Source of the DNA: an uncultured SAR86 cluster bacterium
GTDB taxonomy: Bacteria > Pseudomonadota > Gammaproteobacteria > Magnimaribacterales > AG-339-G14
Reading direction: 5' to 3'
Length of the DNA stretch: 64,000 nucleotides
Assembly (NCBI GenBank): GCA_902632605.1
Contig: CACPDB010000003.1
Location: 66,342-130,341, forward strand
The notes beneath the pieces were generated by a model. It did not search any database, had not been told where the DNA came from, and saw nothing but the letters and a program-made list of their open reading frames with translations. The position numbers were made by a program, and so were the translations under genes. This document shows positions 10,535 to 20,433 of the stretch, one piece after another. Positions within the stretch are counted from its first letter, which is position 1, and each line of letters begins with the position of its first letter.

Positions 10535-11615
10535 AAAAAATCTACCAAAAGATCTAACTGAGAATAGAAAAGAAATTGATCAAATTGACCAAAAACTTCT
10601 AAACCTCATCCACGAAAGATCCAAGCTCGTTATAAATGCTGGAAAAATAAAAAAGAAATCAGGCGATAAAACATTCTACAGGCCGGATAGAGAAGCAAGT
10701 TTAATTAAGACTCTGCAAAAGAAAAACAAAAGTTCTATCCCTGCGGAAAATATTAAATTTATTTTCAAAGAAATTATTTCTGCATGCTTTACCCTTGAAA
10801 AAAAAATTAAAGTTTATTATTTAGGTCCTAAAGGTACTTTTTCAGAAATTGCAACAACAACGCATTTTGGAAGCTCTGTTGAAAAGGTAGAAACACGAAA
10901 TATTAGAGATATTTTTAAAGAAGTAGCCAAAAACAAAAATTCCTATGGAATGTTACCTTTTGAAAATTCAATAGAAGGCATGGTGAATCAATCTTTAGAT
11001 AATCTCATAGAAAGTAATTTAAAAATTTGTTCAGAATTGGAATTACCTGTAGAGCACTGTCTTATTTCATCTGAAAAAAATATAAATAAACTTAATACCA
11101 TTTATGGACATCCTCAAGCTATTGCGCAATGTCGTAACTGGCTAAGTAAAAATCTTCCTAGAGCTAAGATTGTCGAAACTGAGAGTTCTGCTAAAGCAGC
11201 CCAGCTGATTAAGAATAAATCAGGAAAAGGCTCTATAGGACCAAAACAAATATCTGAGATATATTCATTAAATTTATTGAAAGAAAAAATTCAAGATCAA
11301 ATAACCAACACAACGAGGTTCTTAGTGATTGGAAACGAATTTCCAGGAAAAACCTTTGATGATAAAACGTCAATAAGTTTAAGTTTAAAAAATGAACAAG
11401 GAGCCTTGTTAAAAGTTTTACAGATAGTTAATAAGAATAAAATCAATCTCACAAATATTTTATCTAGGCCAGTTAAGAAAAATAAGTGGCAATATTCTTT
11501 CTTTTTAGAATTCTCGGGACATGCCTCAGATACGAATGTTTTAAAATTATTCAAAGAACTTCAAAAAGTTAGTTATGACCTAAAAGTCTTAGGTTCCTAT
11601 CCAGCAGCTTACTAA
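10527..11615 (+). CDS. pheA: Chorismate mutase/prephenate dehydratase (likely ATG start at 10527)
   Basis: CM domain (R..ID.ID), LGPKGTFS, ENSIEG, HPQAIAQC, NTTRF, ACT domain ending LGSYP. Confidence 0.95.
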   Translation: MAEKNLPKDLTENRKEIDQIDQKLLNLIHERSKLVINAGKIKKKSGDKTFYRPDREASLIKTLQKKNKSSIPAENIKFIFKEIISACFTLEKKIKVYYLGPKGTFSEIATTTHFGSSVEKVETRNIRDIFKEVAKNKNSYGMLPFENSIEGMVNQSLDNLIESNLKICSELELPVEHCLISSEKNINKLNTIYGHPQAIAQCRNWLSKNLPRAKIVETESSAKAAQLIKNKSGKGSIGPKQISEIYSLNLLKEKIQDQITNTTRFLVIGNEFPGKTFDDKTSISLSLKNEQGALLKVLQIVNKNKINLTNILSRPVKKNKWQYSFFLEFSGHASDTNVLKLFKELQKVSYDLKVLGSYPAAY

Positions 11616-11618
11616 TTC

Positions 11619-12746
11619 ATGAAAAATTCCTTTTTAGAAAATCTAAATCAAGGTGTTCTTGGACTAAAACCATATGAACCAGGATTGCCGCTAGAACATA
11701 CTCAAAAGAAATTAGGCCTGGAAAAAATGATCAAATTGGCAAGTAATGAGAACCCTTTGGGACCAAGTCCAAAGGCTTTGGATTTACTTCAGGGAAAAAT
11801 GAATAGCTTTTCATCCGAATTAAACAGATACCCTGATGGAAATGCTTATGAATTAAAAGAAGCAATATCAAAAAAATACTCTGTAGATCCGAACCAAATA
11901 ACAATAGGTAATGGTTCTAATGATTTAATTGAGTTTGTATCTAGATGTTTTTTGGGAGAAGGAAAAAAAGCAATTTATTCTCAACATGGTTTTGCCATTT
12001 ACCCGTTAGCCATAAAAGCAACTGGAGCTCATCCAGTTAAATCTAAAGCAAAAAATTGGGGTCATGATTTAGAATTAATGTCAGATTTAATAGATGATAA
12101 GACAAAAGTTGTTTTTATAGCTTCTCCAAATAATCCTACTGGAACAGCAAAAACTCTTCTAGAGATTAAAGATTTTTTGAATAATTTACCTGATGATATC
12201 TTGGTCTTTCTTGATCAAGCTTATTATGAGTATATAGAAGGCTCAGATTTTGATATTCCCTTTTCATTAATTGACGATCATCCTAATTTAGTCATCTCAC
12301 GAAGCTTCTCTAAAGCCCACGGATTAGCAGCATTAAGATTGGGCTTTTGCGTTTCAAATCCTGAGTTGTCTGACTATCTTAATAGAGTCAGACAGCCTTT
12401 TAATGCAAACTCACTTGCTTTAGATTTGGGAAAAGTTGCTCTTTCTGATCAAGAACACATAAGCAAATCTGTAAAAATTAATTCTTCCGGTATGGATAGG
12501 GTAAAAAAAGCCTTCAATAATCTTGATTACGACTTTATCGAATCTTGGGGAAATTTTATTTCTTTTGATGCCAAGCAAGACTCTGATGATGCTTTTCAAT
12601 ATTTTTTAGAAAAAGGGGTTATCCTCAGATCTTTAAAAGTATATGAAATGCCTCAGCATCTGAGGGTTTCCATTGGTACTGAAGAGGAGATGGATTTTTT
12701 TCTTCAAGTATTAGAGGACTATGAAAAAGACCTTTCTAAAAAATAA
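11619..12746 (+). CDS. hisC: Histidinol-phosphate/aromatic aminotransferase
   Basis: KLASNENPLG, YPD, PNNPTG, RSFSKAHGLAALRLG. Confidence 0.95.
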   Translation: MKNSFLENLNQGVLGLKPYEPGLPLEHTQKKLGLEKMIKLASNENPLGPSPKALDLLQGKMNSFSSELNRYPDGNAYELKEAISKKYSVDPNQITIGNGSNDLIEFVSRCFLGEGKKAIYSQHGFAIYPLAIKATGAHPVKSKAKNWGHDLELMSDLIDDKTKVVFIASPNNPTGTAKTLLEIKDFLNNLPDDILVFLDQAYYEYIEGSDFDIPFSLIDDHPNLVISRSFSKAHGLAALRLGFCVSNPELSDYLNRVRQPFNANSLALDLGKVALSDQEHISKSVKINSSGMDRVKKAFNNLDYDFIESWGNFISFDAKQDSDDAFQYFLEKGVILRSLKVYEMPQHLRVSIGTEEEMDFFLQVLEDYEKDLSKK

Positions 12747-13581
12747 AAAAAACATCCAGTTTTTAATTATTGGTCTTGGTTTAATTGGAGGTTCTGTAGC
12801 AAAAAGACTATCAAAAAATGGTTTTGAGGTTTTAGCAATTGACAAGAAAAAGTCCCATTTAAATCATGCTAAAAAATCAAAAATCACTACTGGTAGTTTG
12901 GAAAAAATTGATAGCACAAAAAAACTTTTTGTTATTGTTGCTTTACCACCTAAGATTCTACTGCGTAATTTTGACAAATATTTAGATCTTTTTCATAAAG
13001 CTGACTTTGTAACCGACTGTACTAGTGTAAAAGGTCCTTTGATAAATATAATCAAAAAGAACAGACTTGAATCAAAATTTATCTTATCTCATCCAATTGC
13101 TGGGTCTGAAAAAAGCGGTTTTTTGAATTCAAATGAAGACTTGTTTAGAGATAAAATTTCAATAATTTCTAAGCATAAAGGACTGGCTAATTCTACATTG
13201 CAAAAATGCCAAGAACTTTGGTTCGAGTTGGGTTCAAAAACTCATAATCTAGATCTTAAATTACATGACAAGATATTTTCCTTAACAAGTCATCTTCCCC
13301 ATGTTGTGGCTTTTAGCTTGATTTCTTTATTTTCAAAGAGAAAAACATCTGAGTATAAAAAATTTATTGGAGGAGGCTTAAAAGATTTCACGAGAATCGC
13401 AGAAAGCGATCCAGCGATGTGGGAGAATATTTTTTCTCTAAATAAAAATAACTTACTAAAAGATATAAGTGAGATTGAAAAAGAAATTAATAAAATTAAA
13501 ACATTCATACTGCAAGACGACGGTAAGTTAGAAGGGCACTTAAAAAAAATTAAAAAGACGAAGGAATCTTTAAATAGATGA
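12721..13581 (+). CDS. tyrA: Prephenate/cyclohexadienyl dehydrogenase
   Basis: GLGLIGGS, SVK, HPIAGSE, SHLPH, DFTRIA. Confidence 0.93.
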   Translation: MKKTFLKNKKNIQFLIIGLGLIGGSVAKRLSKNGFEVLAIDKKKSHLNHAKKSKITTGSLEKIDSTKKLFVIVALPPKILLRNFDKYLDLFHKADFVTDCTSVKGPLINIIKKNRLESKFILSHPIAGSEKSGFLNSNEDLFRDKISIISKHKGLANSTLQKCQELWFELGSKTHNLDLKLHDKIFSLTSHLPHVVAFSLISLFSKRKTSEYKKFIGGGLKDFTRIAESDPAMWENIFSLNKNNLLKDISEIEKEINKIKTFILQDDGKLEGHLKKIKKTKESLNR

Positions 13582-14885
13582 AACTCATTTCTAAATCTGC
13601 CGAAGGACTCCATGGTGAAATAAAAATTCCAGGAGATAAGTCTATATCTCATAGAGCATTGATATGCGCTTCCATTTCAGATGGCACATCTAAGATTTCT
13701 AATCTTCAAGAGAGTGAAGATGTAATTAATACTCTTAACTCTTTAAAACAACTTGGGATAAATATCATAAAGGAAAACGAGTTTTATAAAGTAGAAGGCA
13801 AAGGATTTAGAGGATTAGAAGCATCTGAAAACCAACTTTATTTTGGAAATTCCGGAACAGGTATAAGACTAATGTCTGGATTATTATCAATACAGAATTT
13901 TTCTTCGAGTCTTATCGGAGACGAATCTCTTTCCAAAAGACCAATGAAAAGAATAATAGATCCCTTATCAAAGATGGGAGCGAACATATCTGGCTCAAAG
14001 GAAGATACTCTTCCCTTGCGAATAATTCCCTCTAAGAAAATATATGGAATAAATTACAGGATGCCAGTAGCAAGTGCCCAAGTAAAATCTGCAATTTTAT
14101 TTGCCAGTTTAGGCGCACAAGGCGATACAAAAATTATAGAAAAATCCATGTCAAGAGATCATACTGAAAGGATGTTTGAATATTATGGAGCAAACATTAC
14201 CTATTCTGAAAAAGAAACTTATTTAAAAGAAACAGATAAATTTACTTCTCAAAATATAGAAATACCCGGAGACTTTTCATCTTCTGCTTTCTTTATTGTT
14301 GCAGCTTTAATTTCAAAAAATTCTGATATTACCCTCAAAGAAGTTGGCATGAATCCTTCTCGAATTGCACTTTTGGATAAATTAATGGAAATGGGTGGGG
14401 ATATCCAAGTATTTAATCACTCTTTATTTGGGAAAGAGCCTATTGCAGATTTGAACATAAAGAGTTCTGTTCTAAATCCCTGTGAAGTGACACCAGATGA
14501 TGTACCGAATTTAATTGATGAACTTCCTATATTATTTATAGCTAGTTGTTTTGCAGAGGGCATCTCAAGTTTCATAGATATAGAAGAATTAAAACATAAA
14601 GAAAGTGATAGGCTGAAAGCTATGCAAGACGGTCTAAATAAAATGAGGATAAAAAATTTTTTGGATGGCAATGTTTTTTGTATTGAAGGTATGGGCAAAG
14701 ACTATAAATCACCAAATTTTTTAGCTGAAACTTACTATGACCATAGAATTGCAATGTCTTTTGCTATAGCTGGCTTGAATAGTAATTCTTCTATTGAAAT
14801 CGCCTCACCAGAAAGCATTAATACGTCTTTTCCAGAGTTCATAGAACTGGGTAAAAAGCTTGGATGTAATTTTGAAATTAGTTAA
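13578..14885 (+). CDS. aroA: EPSP synthase
   Basis: PGDKSISHR, GNSGT, SAQVKS, RDHTE, KESDR, DHRIAM. Confidence 0.97.
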   Translation: MKLISKSAEGLHGEIKIPGDKSISHRALICASISDGTSKISNLQESEDVINTLNSLKQLGINIIKENEFYKVEGKGFRGLEASENQLYFGNSGTGIRLMSGLLSIQNFSSSLIGDESLSKRPMKRIIDPLSKMGANISGSKEDTLPLRIIPSKKIYGINYRMPVASAQVKSAILFASLGAQGDTKIIEKSMSRDHTERMFEYYGANITYSEKETYLKETDKFTSQNIEIPGDFSSSAFFIVAALISKNSDITLKEVGMNPSRIALLDKLMEMGGDIQVFNHSLFGKEPIADLNIKSSVLNPCEVTPDDVPNLIDELPILFIASCFAEGISSFIDIEELKHKESDRLKAMQDGLNKMRIKNFLDGNVFCIEGMGKDYKSPNFLAETYYDHRIAMSFAIAGLNSNSSIEIASPESINTSFPEFIELGKKLGCNFEIS

Positions 14886-15546
14886 AAATATAATAACTAT
14901 AGATGGCCCTAGTGGAGTAGGAAAAGGGACTCTAGCATTTTCGTTAGCTGAAAGGCTTGAGTGGAATGTTCTTGATAGTGGTCTTCTTTATAGACTTGTC
15001 GGATATTTGAGTTCGAATGAAGGATTGGAAACTTCGCAAGAAATTGTCCAATTTCTAAAAAAATCAAAAATCAAACTTATTACCAATCTTAACGAGAGTA
15101 TTTGTGAAATAGAGCTGAACGATAAGATTTTAGGAAAAGACCTTAGAAATGAAAATATAGCATCTAGAGCATCGGAACTTGCTAAGGAAACAGAAATAAG
15201 AAACGCGATAATCAAAATTCAAAGGGATGCTTATGATTCAGAAAAAGGTCTTATTGCAGACGGTAGAGATATGGGAACCATTATTTTTCCTGAAGCAGCC
15301 TTAAAAGTATTCCTTCAAGCATCCCCTGAAGTTAGAGCAGAAAGAAGAGCTAATCAGTTGAAAGAAAAGGGTATGAGCGTTATCATGCACGACCTTTTAG
15401 AGCAAATTCAGCAAAGGGATGAAGAAGACATAAATAGAAAGATATCTCCTTTAAAACCTGCTGATGATTCACTACTTATTGATACAAGTAACTTAAGTAT
15501 TAGGGAGGTAGAAGAAAAGGTAATGGAGAATTTTAGAAAATTATGA
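14860..15546 (+). CDS. cmk: Cytidylate kinase (TTG start at 14860 or 14872)
   Basis: TIDGPSGVGKGT, DSGLLYR, DGRDMGT. Confidence 0.96.
   Translation: MDVILKLVKNIITIDGPSGVGKGTLAFSLAERLEWNVLDSGLLYRLVGYLSSNEGLETSQEIVQFLKKSKIKLITNLNESICEIELNDKILGKDLRNENIASRASELAKETEIRNAIIKIQRDAYDSEKGLIADGRDMGTIIFPEAALKVFLQASPEVRAERRANQLKEKGMSVIMHDLLEQIQQRDEEDINRKISPLKPADDSLLIDTSNLSIREVEEKVMENFRKL
15358..15394 (+). promoter_or_regulatory. sigma70 promoter inside cmk, probably for rpsA
   Basis: TTGAAA(15358)-17 nt-TATCAT(15381), then GC-rich discriminator GCACGACC. Confidence 0.6.
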
Positions 15547-17216
15547 CAGAAACAGCATTTGAAAAACTTTTAGACGAAAGTCTAACAACTTTAAACTTTG
15601 AACAAGGGGCGCTGATCTCTGGAGTAATAGTAGACTTAACTTCTGATTGGGTGACTGTGCATGTAGGTTTGAAATCAGAATCTCTTATTCCTAGAACAGA
15701 ATTTTTAGCAGATGAAGCCGATGGAGAGCTATCAATAGGCGATGAGGTAAAAGTGTCTCTTGAAGCCGTCGAAGACGGACATGGCTCTACGAGAGTATCT
15801 AGAATAAGAGCAATGCATGATGAAAGCTGGAAAAACCTTGAAGAGGCTTTAGAAACTGGAGCATTGATCAAGGGTTATATTTCTGGGAAGGTAAGAGGTG
15901 GCATGACCGTTGATGTTGCTGGTGTAAGAGCTTTCCTTCCAGGATCTTTAGTAGACTCAAGACCTTTAGATAGTTTTGATCACTTGGAAAAGACTTTTCA
16001 AGATTTCAAAGTTATTAAGTTAGACAAAGAGAAAAGTAATGTCGTCCTTTCTAGAAAAGCAGTTCAAGAAGACCTAAATTCTGAAGAAAGAGAAAAGATA
16101 TTTGCTACAATCCAAGAAGGCTCATTGATTTCAGGAACAGTTAAAAATTTAACTGATTATGGTGCATTTGTTGATCTTGGCGGAGTAGATGGTCTGTTGC
16201 ATATTACTGATATTACTTGGAAAAGAATAAATCATCCTTCAGAAGTTCTTAATGTTGGAGACAAGCTTGACTTTAAAGTAACTAACTTTGACAAAGAAAA
16301 GTCAAGAATTTCTCTCGGACTAAAACAATTATCAAGCGACCCTTGGGAAAATATAAAGGATACTTTTCCAATTAATTCCATCCATAAAGCTAAAGTCTCC
16401 AGCATTGCTGAATATGGGTTTTTTGCAGAATTAGATTCAAACACAGAAGGATTGGTTCACATTTCTGAAATTGATTGGACTAATAAAAGTATTCACCCTT
16501 CCAAGGTTGTATCCTTAGGTGATGAAGTTGATGTAATGATTTTAGAAATTGATATAGAGAAAAGAAGGGTTTCTCTTGGAATGAAACAGTGCCAAGAAAA
16601 TCCTTGGCTCACTTTTTCTGAGAACAACAGCTTAGGAGATGTTGTAAAAGGAGAAGTAAGATCAATCACAGATTTCGGAATGTTCATAGGTCTAGATGGA
16701 AATATTGATGGACTTGTTCATTTATCTGATCTTTCTTGGAATCAATCTGAAGAAGAGGCGGTTAAATCTTTTTCTAAAGGGCAAGAAGTAGAAGCTGTTA
16801 TTCTTGGAATTGATCCTCATAAAGAAAGAATATCTTTAGGTATAAAACAACTTTCTGAAGATTTATTTGATACTTTCGCCACAAATAATCCCAAAGGAAC
16901 GGAGTTAACTGGTCCGGTAAGTTCAATTGGAGAAGACATGATTTTCATAAACCTTGCAGAAGATGTCATTGGAAAAATTAAGAACAAAGAATTTAAAGAT
17001 AATCTCCCATTAGAAGGTGATAATGTTACTTCCCTTGTAACTTCAATAGATAGAAAAAACAGACAAGTAAACTTATCAGTTTTTGCGCTAGAAAAATCTC
17101 AAGAAAAAGAGCTTATCAAAGAAAACATATCCAAAAACAAACAAATTGAATCAGAAACCAAAACTTCAATTGGTGATCTAATCCAAGAAGAATTAAGCGA
17201 TTCTCCAAAGGATTAA
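15543..17216 (+). CDS. rpsA: 30S ribosomal protein S1
   Basis: Repeated S1 domains (AFLPGS, YGAFVDLGGVDGLLH, EGLVHISE, DGLVHLSD). Confidence 0.98.
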   Translation: MTETAFEKLLDESLTTLNFEQGALISGVIVDLTSDWVTVHVGLKSESLIPRTEFLADEADGELSIGDEVKVSLEAVEDGHGSTRVSRIRAMHDESWKNLEEALETGALIKGYISGKVRGGMTVDVAGVRAFLPGSLVDSRPLDSFDHLEKTFQDFKVIKLDKEKSNVVLSRKAVQEDLNSEEREKIFATIQEGSLISGTVKNLTDYGAFVDLGGVDGLLHITDITWKRINHPSEVLNVGDKLDFKVTNFDKEKSRISLGLKQLSSDPWENIKDTFPINSIHKAKVSSIAEYGFFAELDSNTEGLVHISEIDWTNKSIHPSKVVSLGDEVDVMILEIDIEKRRVSLGMKQCQENPWLTFSENNSLGDVVKGEVRSITDFGMFIGLDGNIDGLVHLSDLSWNQSEEEAVKSFSKGQEVEAVILGIDPHKERISLGIKQLSEDLFDTFATNNPKGTELTGPVSSIGEDMIFINLAEDVIGKIKNKEFKDNLPLEGDNVTSLVTSIDRKNRQVNLSVFALEKSQEKELIKENISKNKQIESETKTSIGDLIQEELSDSPKD

Positions 17217-17492
17217 ATGAAGAAATCCGATTTCATATCTTTGCTTTCTAGGAACCTTAAGGATTATAACGAGATAGATATAAATCTTTCAGCTGACTTA
17301 ATCCAAAAAACGATTGTCGAGTCACTAAAAAAGAGAAATAGAGTAGAAATCAGAGGTTTTGGATCCTTTTGTATCAGAGATAGAAAATCCATTCGAGCTA
17401 GAAATCCAAAATCTGGTGAGTCCATAGAACTCCCGAAAAGGTCCATTCCATATTTTAGAGCTTCAAAGTTATTAAAACAAAGAATTAATTAG
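17217..17492 (+). CDS. ihfB: Integration host factor beta subunit
   Basis: RVEIRGFGSF, RNPKSGE; position after rpsA. Confidence 0.92.
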   Translation: MKKSDFISLLSRNLKDYNEIDINLSADLIQKTIVESLKKRNRVEIRGFGSFCIRDRKSIRARNPKSGESIELPKRSIPYFRASKLLKQRIN

Positions 17493-17511
17493 ATTGTGTT
17501 AAAATTTTAAT

Positions 17512-17754
17512 ATGAAATATTTTTATTTCATCTTATTAGTCCTTCTCGTTTCTTTCTTTTTTATATTCAGTAGTCTTAATCCTGACTTAATTGCATTGGA
17601 TTTATTCTTTGTAAAAATTGAAGGGGTTTCTGTAGGTTTTACTATAATTCTTTCTATTCTCATAGGGTCTATTATTTCTCTAATTCTTCAATTACCAAGG
17701 TTGCTTAGAAGAAAATCAAAAGTTATCTCTGATAAAAAGGATGAAAATCCTTAA
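17512..17754 (+). CDS. lapA: LapA/YciS-like small membrane protein
   Basis: Two TM helices separated by N...I.LD.FF, basic tail; located between ihfB and pyrF. Confidence 0.7.
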   Translation: MKYFYFILLVLLVSFFFIFSSLNPDLIALDLFFVKIEGVSVGFTIILSILIGSIISLILQLPRLLRRKSKVISDKKDENP

Positions 17755-18451
17755 ACCTAAGCAAATTATCGTAGCTTTGGATTTAGATTCCATCGAAGAA
17801 GCTGATTCTATTGTAAAGTTTTTAGATCCAGAAATTTTTAGATTAAAGGTTGGAAAGCAACTATATGCTAGCGAAGGTCCTAAAATTTTAGAAAATTTAA
17901 ATAAAAAAGGTTTTGATATCTTTTTAGATTTAAAGCTTCATGATATTCCAAATACTGTATATAAAGCCTTGAAAAACTTACTTAATGAGAAACTCTGGAT
18001 GACAAATATACACCTTCTTGGAGGAGAAGAAATGATGCAAGCTGCTAGAGAAGCAAGAGAACATGTAAAAAGCGATGCTCTTTTGATTGGAGTTACTGTT
18101 CTAACAAGTCTTGATGTAAATCATATTAAAAATATGGGTTTTGGTATTCAAATTTCAGAATTAGTAAATATCCTCTCTACGAGCGCTAAGCGAAATAACA
18201 TTGATGGTGTTGTCTGCTCAGCAAAAGAAGTCCCGGAAATAAAAGAAAATTTAGGTCAAGATTTTATTGCAGTAACTCCTGGTATAAGGATGCAGCAGAA
18301 TAAAGATGATCAATCTAGAGTAGCAACTTTAAAAGAAGCTATAAGAAATGGAAGTGATTATATTGTTTTAGGAAGAGAAATAACTGCTTCAGAAAATATT
18401 TCTAAAATGATAAAAAAAGTTGAATCATATATAATTCAAAATAATGAATAA
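17741..18451 (+). CDS. pyrF: Orotidine-5'-phosphate decarboxylase
   Basis: IVALD, FLDLKLHDIPNT, VTVLTS, TPGIR. Confidence 0.97.
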   Translation: MKILKPKQIIVALDLDSIEEADSIVKFLDPEIFRLKVGKQLYASEGPKILENLNKKGFDIFLDLKLHDIPNTVYKALKNLLNEKLWMTNIHLLGGEEMMQAAREAREHVKSDALLIGVTVLTSLDVNHIKNMGFGIQISELVNILSTSAKRNNIDGVVCSAKEVPEIKENLGQDFIAVTPGIRMQQNKDDQSRVATLKEAIRNGSDYIVLGREITASENISKMIKKVESYIIQNNE

Positions 18452-18773
18452 TGATTGGCATATAGTTAAAGAAGACGATAGATATGTTGTGTTAGACAAT
18501 AGTTCCTTATCGAAACTCGTCCCCAGCATAACTAAATTAAATCCAAAGAAAAGTACGTCTGGTCATAAACATGAAGGCCAAGAAGAAGTTTATGTGTTTT
18601 ATAAAGGTACCGGAATAATGCAAATTGATGACTCAAAATTTGAGGTCAAGCAAGGAGACGTTATTCCAGTTCCTGACGGAGCATTTCATAGAGTTTTCAA
18701 TGAGTCTAGTGAGATTTTAGAATTTGCTGCAATATTTAATGGTGAGAGGCATACTGAAGATAAGCCAAATTAG
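18444..18773 (+). CDS. Cupin-domain protein
   Basis: HKH...EEVY and GDVIPVPDGAFH cupin motifs. Confidence 0.85.
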   Translation: MNNDWHIVKEDDRYVVLDNSSLSKLVPSITKLNPKKSTSGHKHEGQEEVYVFYKGTGIMQIDDSKFEVKQGDVIPVPDGAFHRVFNESSEILEFAAIFNGERHTEDKPN

Positions 18774-20433
18774 CAAAATATATATCTCAAAATATCCACT
18801 AATAGCATTTCTCTTAATACTATTATTCTTTTATTCTTCACTTGTAAAAGCGGAATCTTATGCTGTTGCTTCAAGACATCATCTTGCGACAGACATAGGA
18901 ATGAAAGTTTTAAACGAAGGGGGAAATGCTATTGATGCTGCTGTAGCAGTAGCATTTGCTTTGGCTGTTGTTAACCCTTCTGCAGGTAATCTTGGCGGCG
19001 GCGGATTTATGCTAATTCACTTAGCTGAAAAAAATGAAACATTCTCAATTGATTATAGAGAACGAGCTCCGATTAAGTCTTTTGAGAAAATGTTTCAAGA
19101 TAAGTCTGGAAAAGTTATAAAGGGATTAAGTTTAAATTCTATTTTAGCTTCGGGAGTCCCTGGCACAGTATCGGGCATGTTTTATGCGTCAGAAAAATAT
19201 GGAACAATTAATATCAAAGCTTTAATTTCTCCATCAATCGAACTGGCAAGAAAAGGTTTTGTTTTATCTGAGTACCAAGCAAAAAACCTTAACAAATACA
19301 AACAAAAATTTTCTAAAAACCAAGAGGCAAAAAAAATTTTTACAAAACCTAATGGATTTTCTGAAGGGGATATTTTGGTTCAAACAAATCTTGCTAATAC
19401 CTTAGAGAGAATAAGCCAATATGGAGAGGAAGAATTTTATTCTGGAGAGACAGCAAAAAAAATTTCAAGTTTTTTTCAAATTAACGGAGGCATTTTAAGT
19501 CTAGAGGATTTGAATCAATACAAACTAAGGATTCTTAAGCCAGTATGTGGGAGTTATAGGTATTATGTAATTTGTTCTATGGCTCCTCCTAGTTCTGGAG
19601 GAATCGCCTTAATTCAGATTTTAAATGTTCTGGAAAATACTGACTTGGGAAAGCTTGACCATAATTCCGAAGAATATTTAAATCTCTTAATTTCCGCTAT
19701 GGATTATGCTTACAAAGATAGAGCAGAATATCTTGGAGACCCTGATTATTCTGAGGTGCCAAAAGATATCCTTACATCTAAAAAATATGCGGATGAAATT
19801 TTTAAGCAAATAAAAGAAAAGAAACTTCCTTCAAAAGCGAAGATAAATGTATTCGAAGGCGAGGAAACAACTCATTTTTCTATAGTAGATAAATGGGGAA
19901 ACGCAGTAAGTAATACTTACACGTTAAATACTGCATATGGATCTGGAATTATTCCTACAGGCACAGGTATTTTAATGAATAATGAAATGGATGATTTTTC
20001 ATCAAAACCCGGATATCCAAACGCTTATGGTTTAGTAGGTTCTGAAGCAAATAAAATAGAGCCAAAAAAAACGCCTCTATCTTCGATGTCCCCCGTAATA
20101 GTTTTTCTTCATAAAAAGCCTTATTTAATAACTGGGTCTCCCGGAGGATCAACAATTATCACAAGTGTATTACAAGAGATTATAAATGTTCTTGATTTTA
20201 AAATGTCGTTAGAAGAATCTTCAAAAAAAAGTAGAATTCATTTTCAACATTTACCGGATATTTTATTTCATGAACAACTTGATAACAGTCTTATAAAATC
20301 TCTAAAAAAAGATAAAAAACTTATTAATAGAAAATTAGGTGAAGTACATTCAATTTTGCTAAAAAAGGATGGAATTGAAGCATTTTCTGACAAGAGAAGA
20401 CCAGATGGAAAAGCAAGCTCAATTTACAAATAA
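18739..20433 (+). CDS. ggt: Gamma-glutamyltranspeptidase, exported (start uncertain)
   Basis: GGNAIDAA, GNLGGGGF, DYRERAP, catalytic ETTHFS, NNEMDDF, GSPGG; hydrophobic signal-like N-terminus. Confidence 0.94.
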   Translation: MVRGILKISQISKIYISKYPLIAFLLILLFFYSSLVKAESYAVASRHHLATDIGMKVLNEGGNAIDAAVAVAFALAVVNPSAGNLGGGGFMLIHLAEKNETFSIDYRERAPIKSFEKMFQDKSGKVIKGLSLNSILASGVPGTVSGMFYASEKYGTINIKALISPSIELARKGFVLSEYQAKNLNKYKQKFSKNQEAKKIFTKPNGFSEGDILVQTNLANTLERISQYGEEEFYSGETAKKISSFFQINGGILSLEDLNQYKLRILKPVCGSYRYYVICSMAPPSSGGIALIQILNVLENTDLGKLDHNSEEYLNLLISAMDYAYKDRAEYLGDPDYSEVPKDILTSKKYADEIFKQIKEKKLPSKAKINVFEGEETTHFSIVDKWGNAVSNTYTLNTAYGSGIIPTGTGILMNNEMDDFSSKPGYPNAYGLVGSEANKIEPKKTPLSSMSPVIVFLHKKPYLITGSPGGSTIITSVLQEIINVLDFKMSLEESSKKSRIHFQHLPDILFHEQLDNSLIKSLKKDKKLINRKLGEVHSILLKKDGIEAFSDKRRPDGKASSIYK

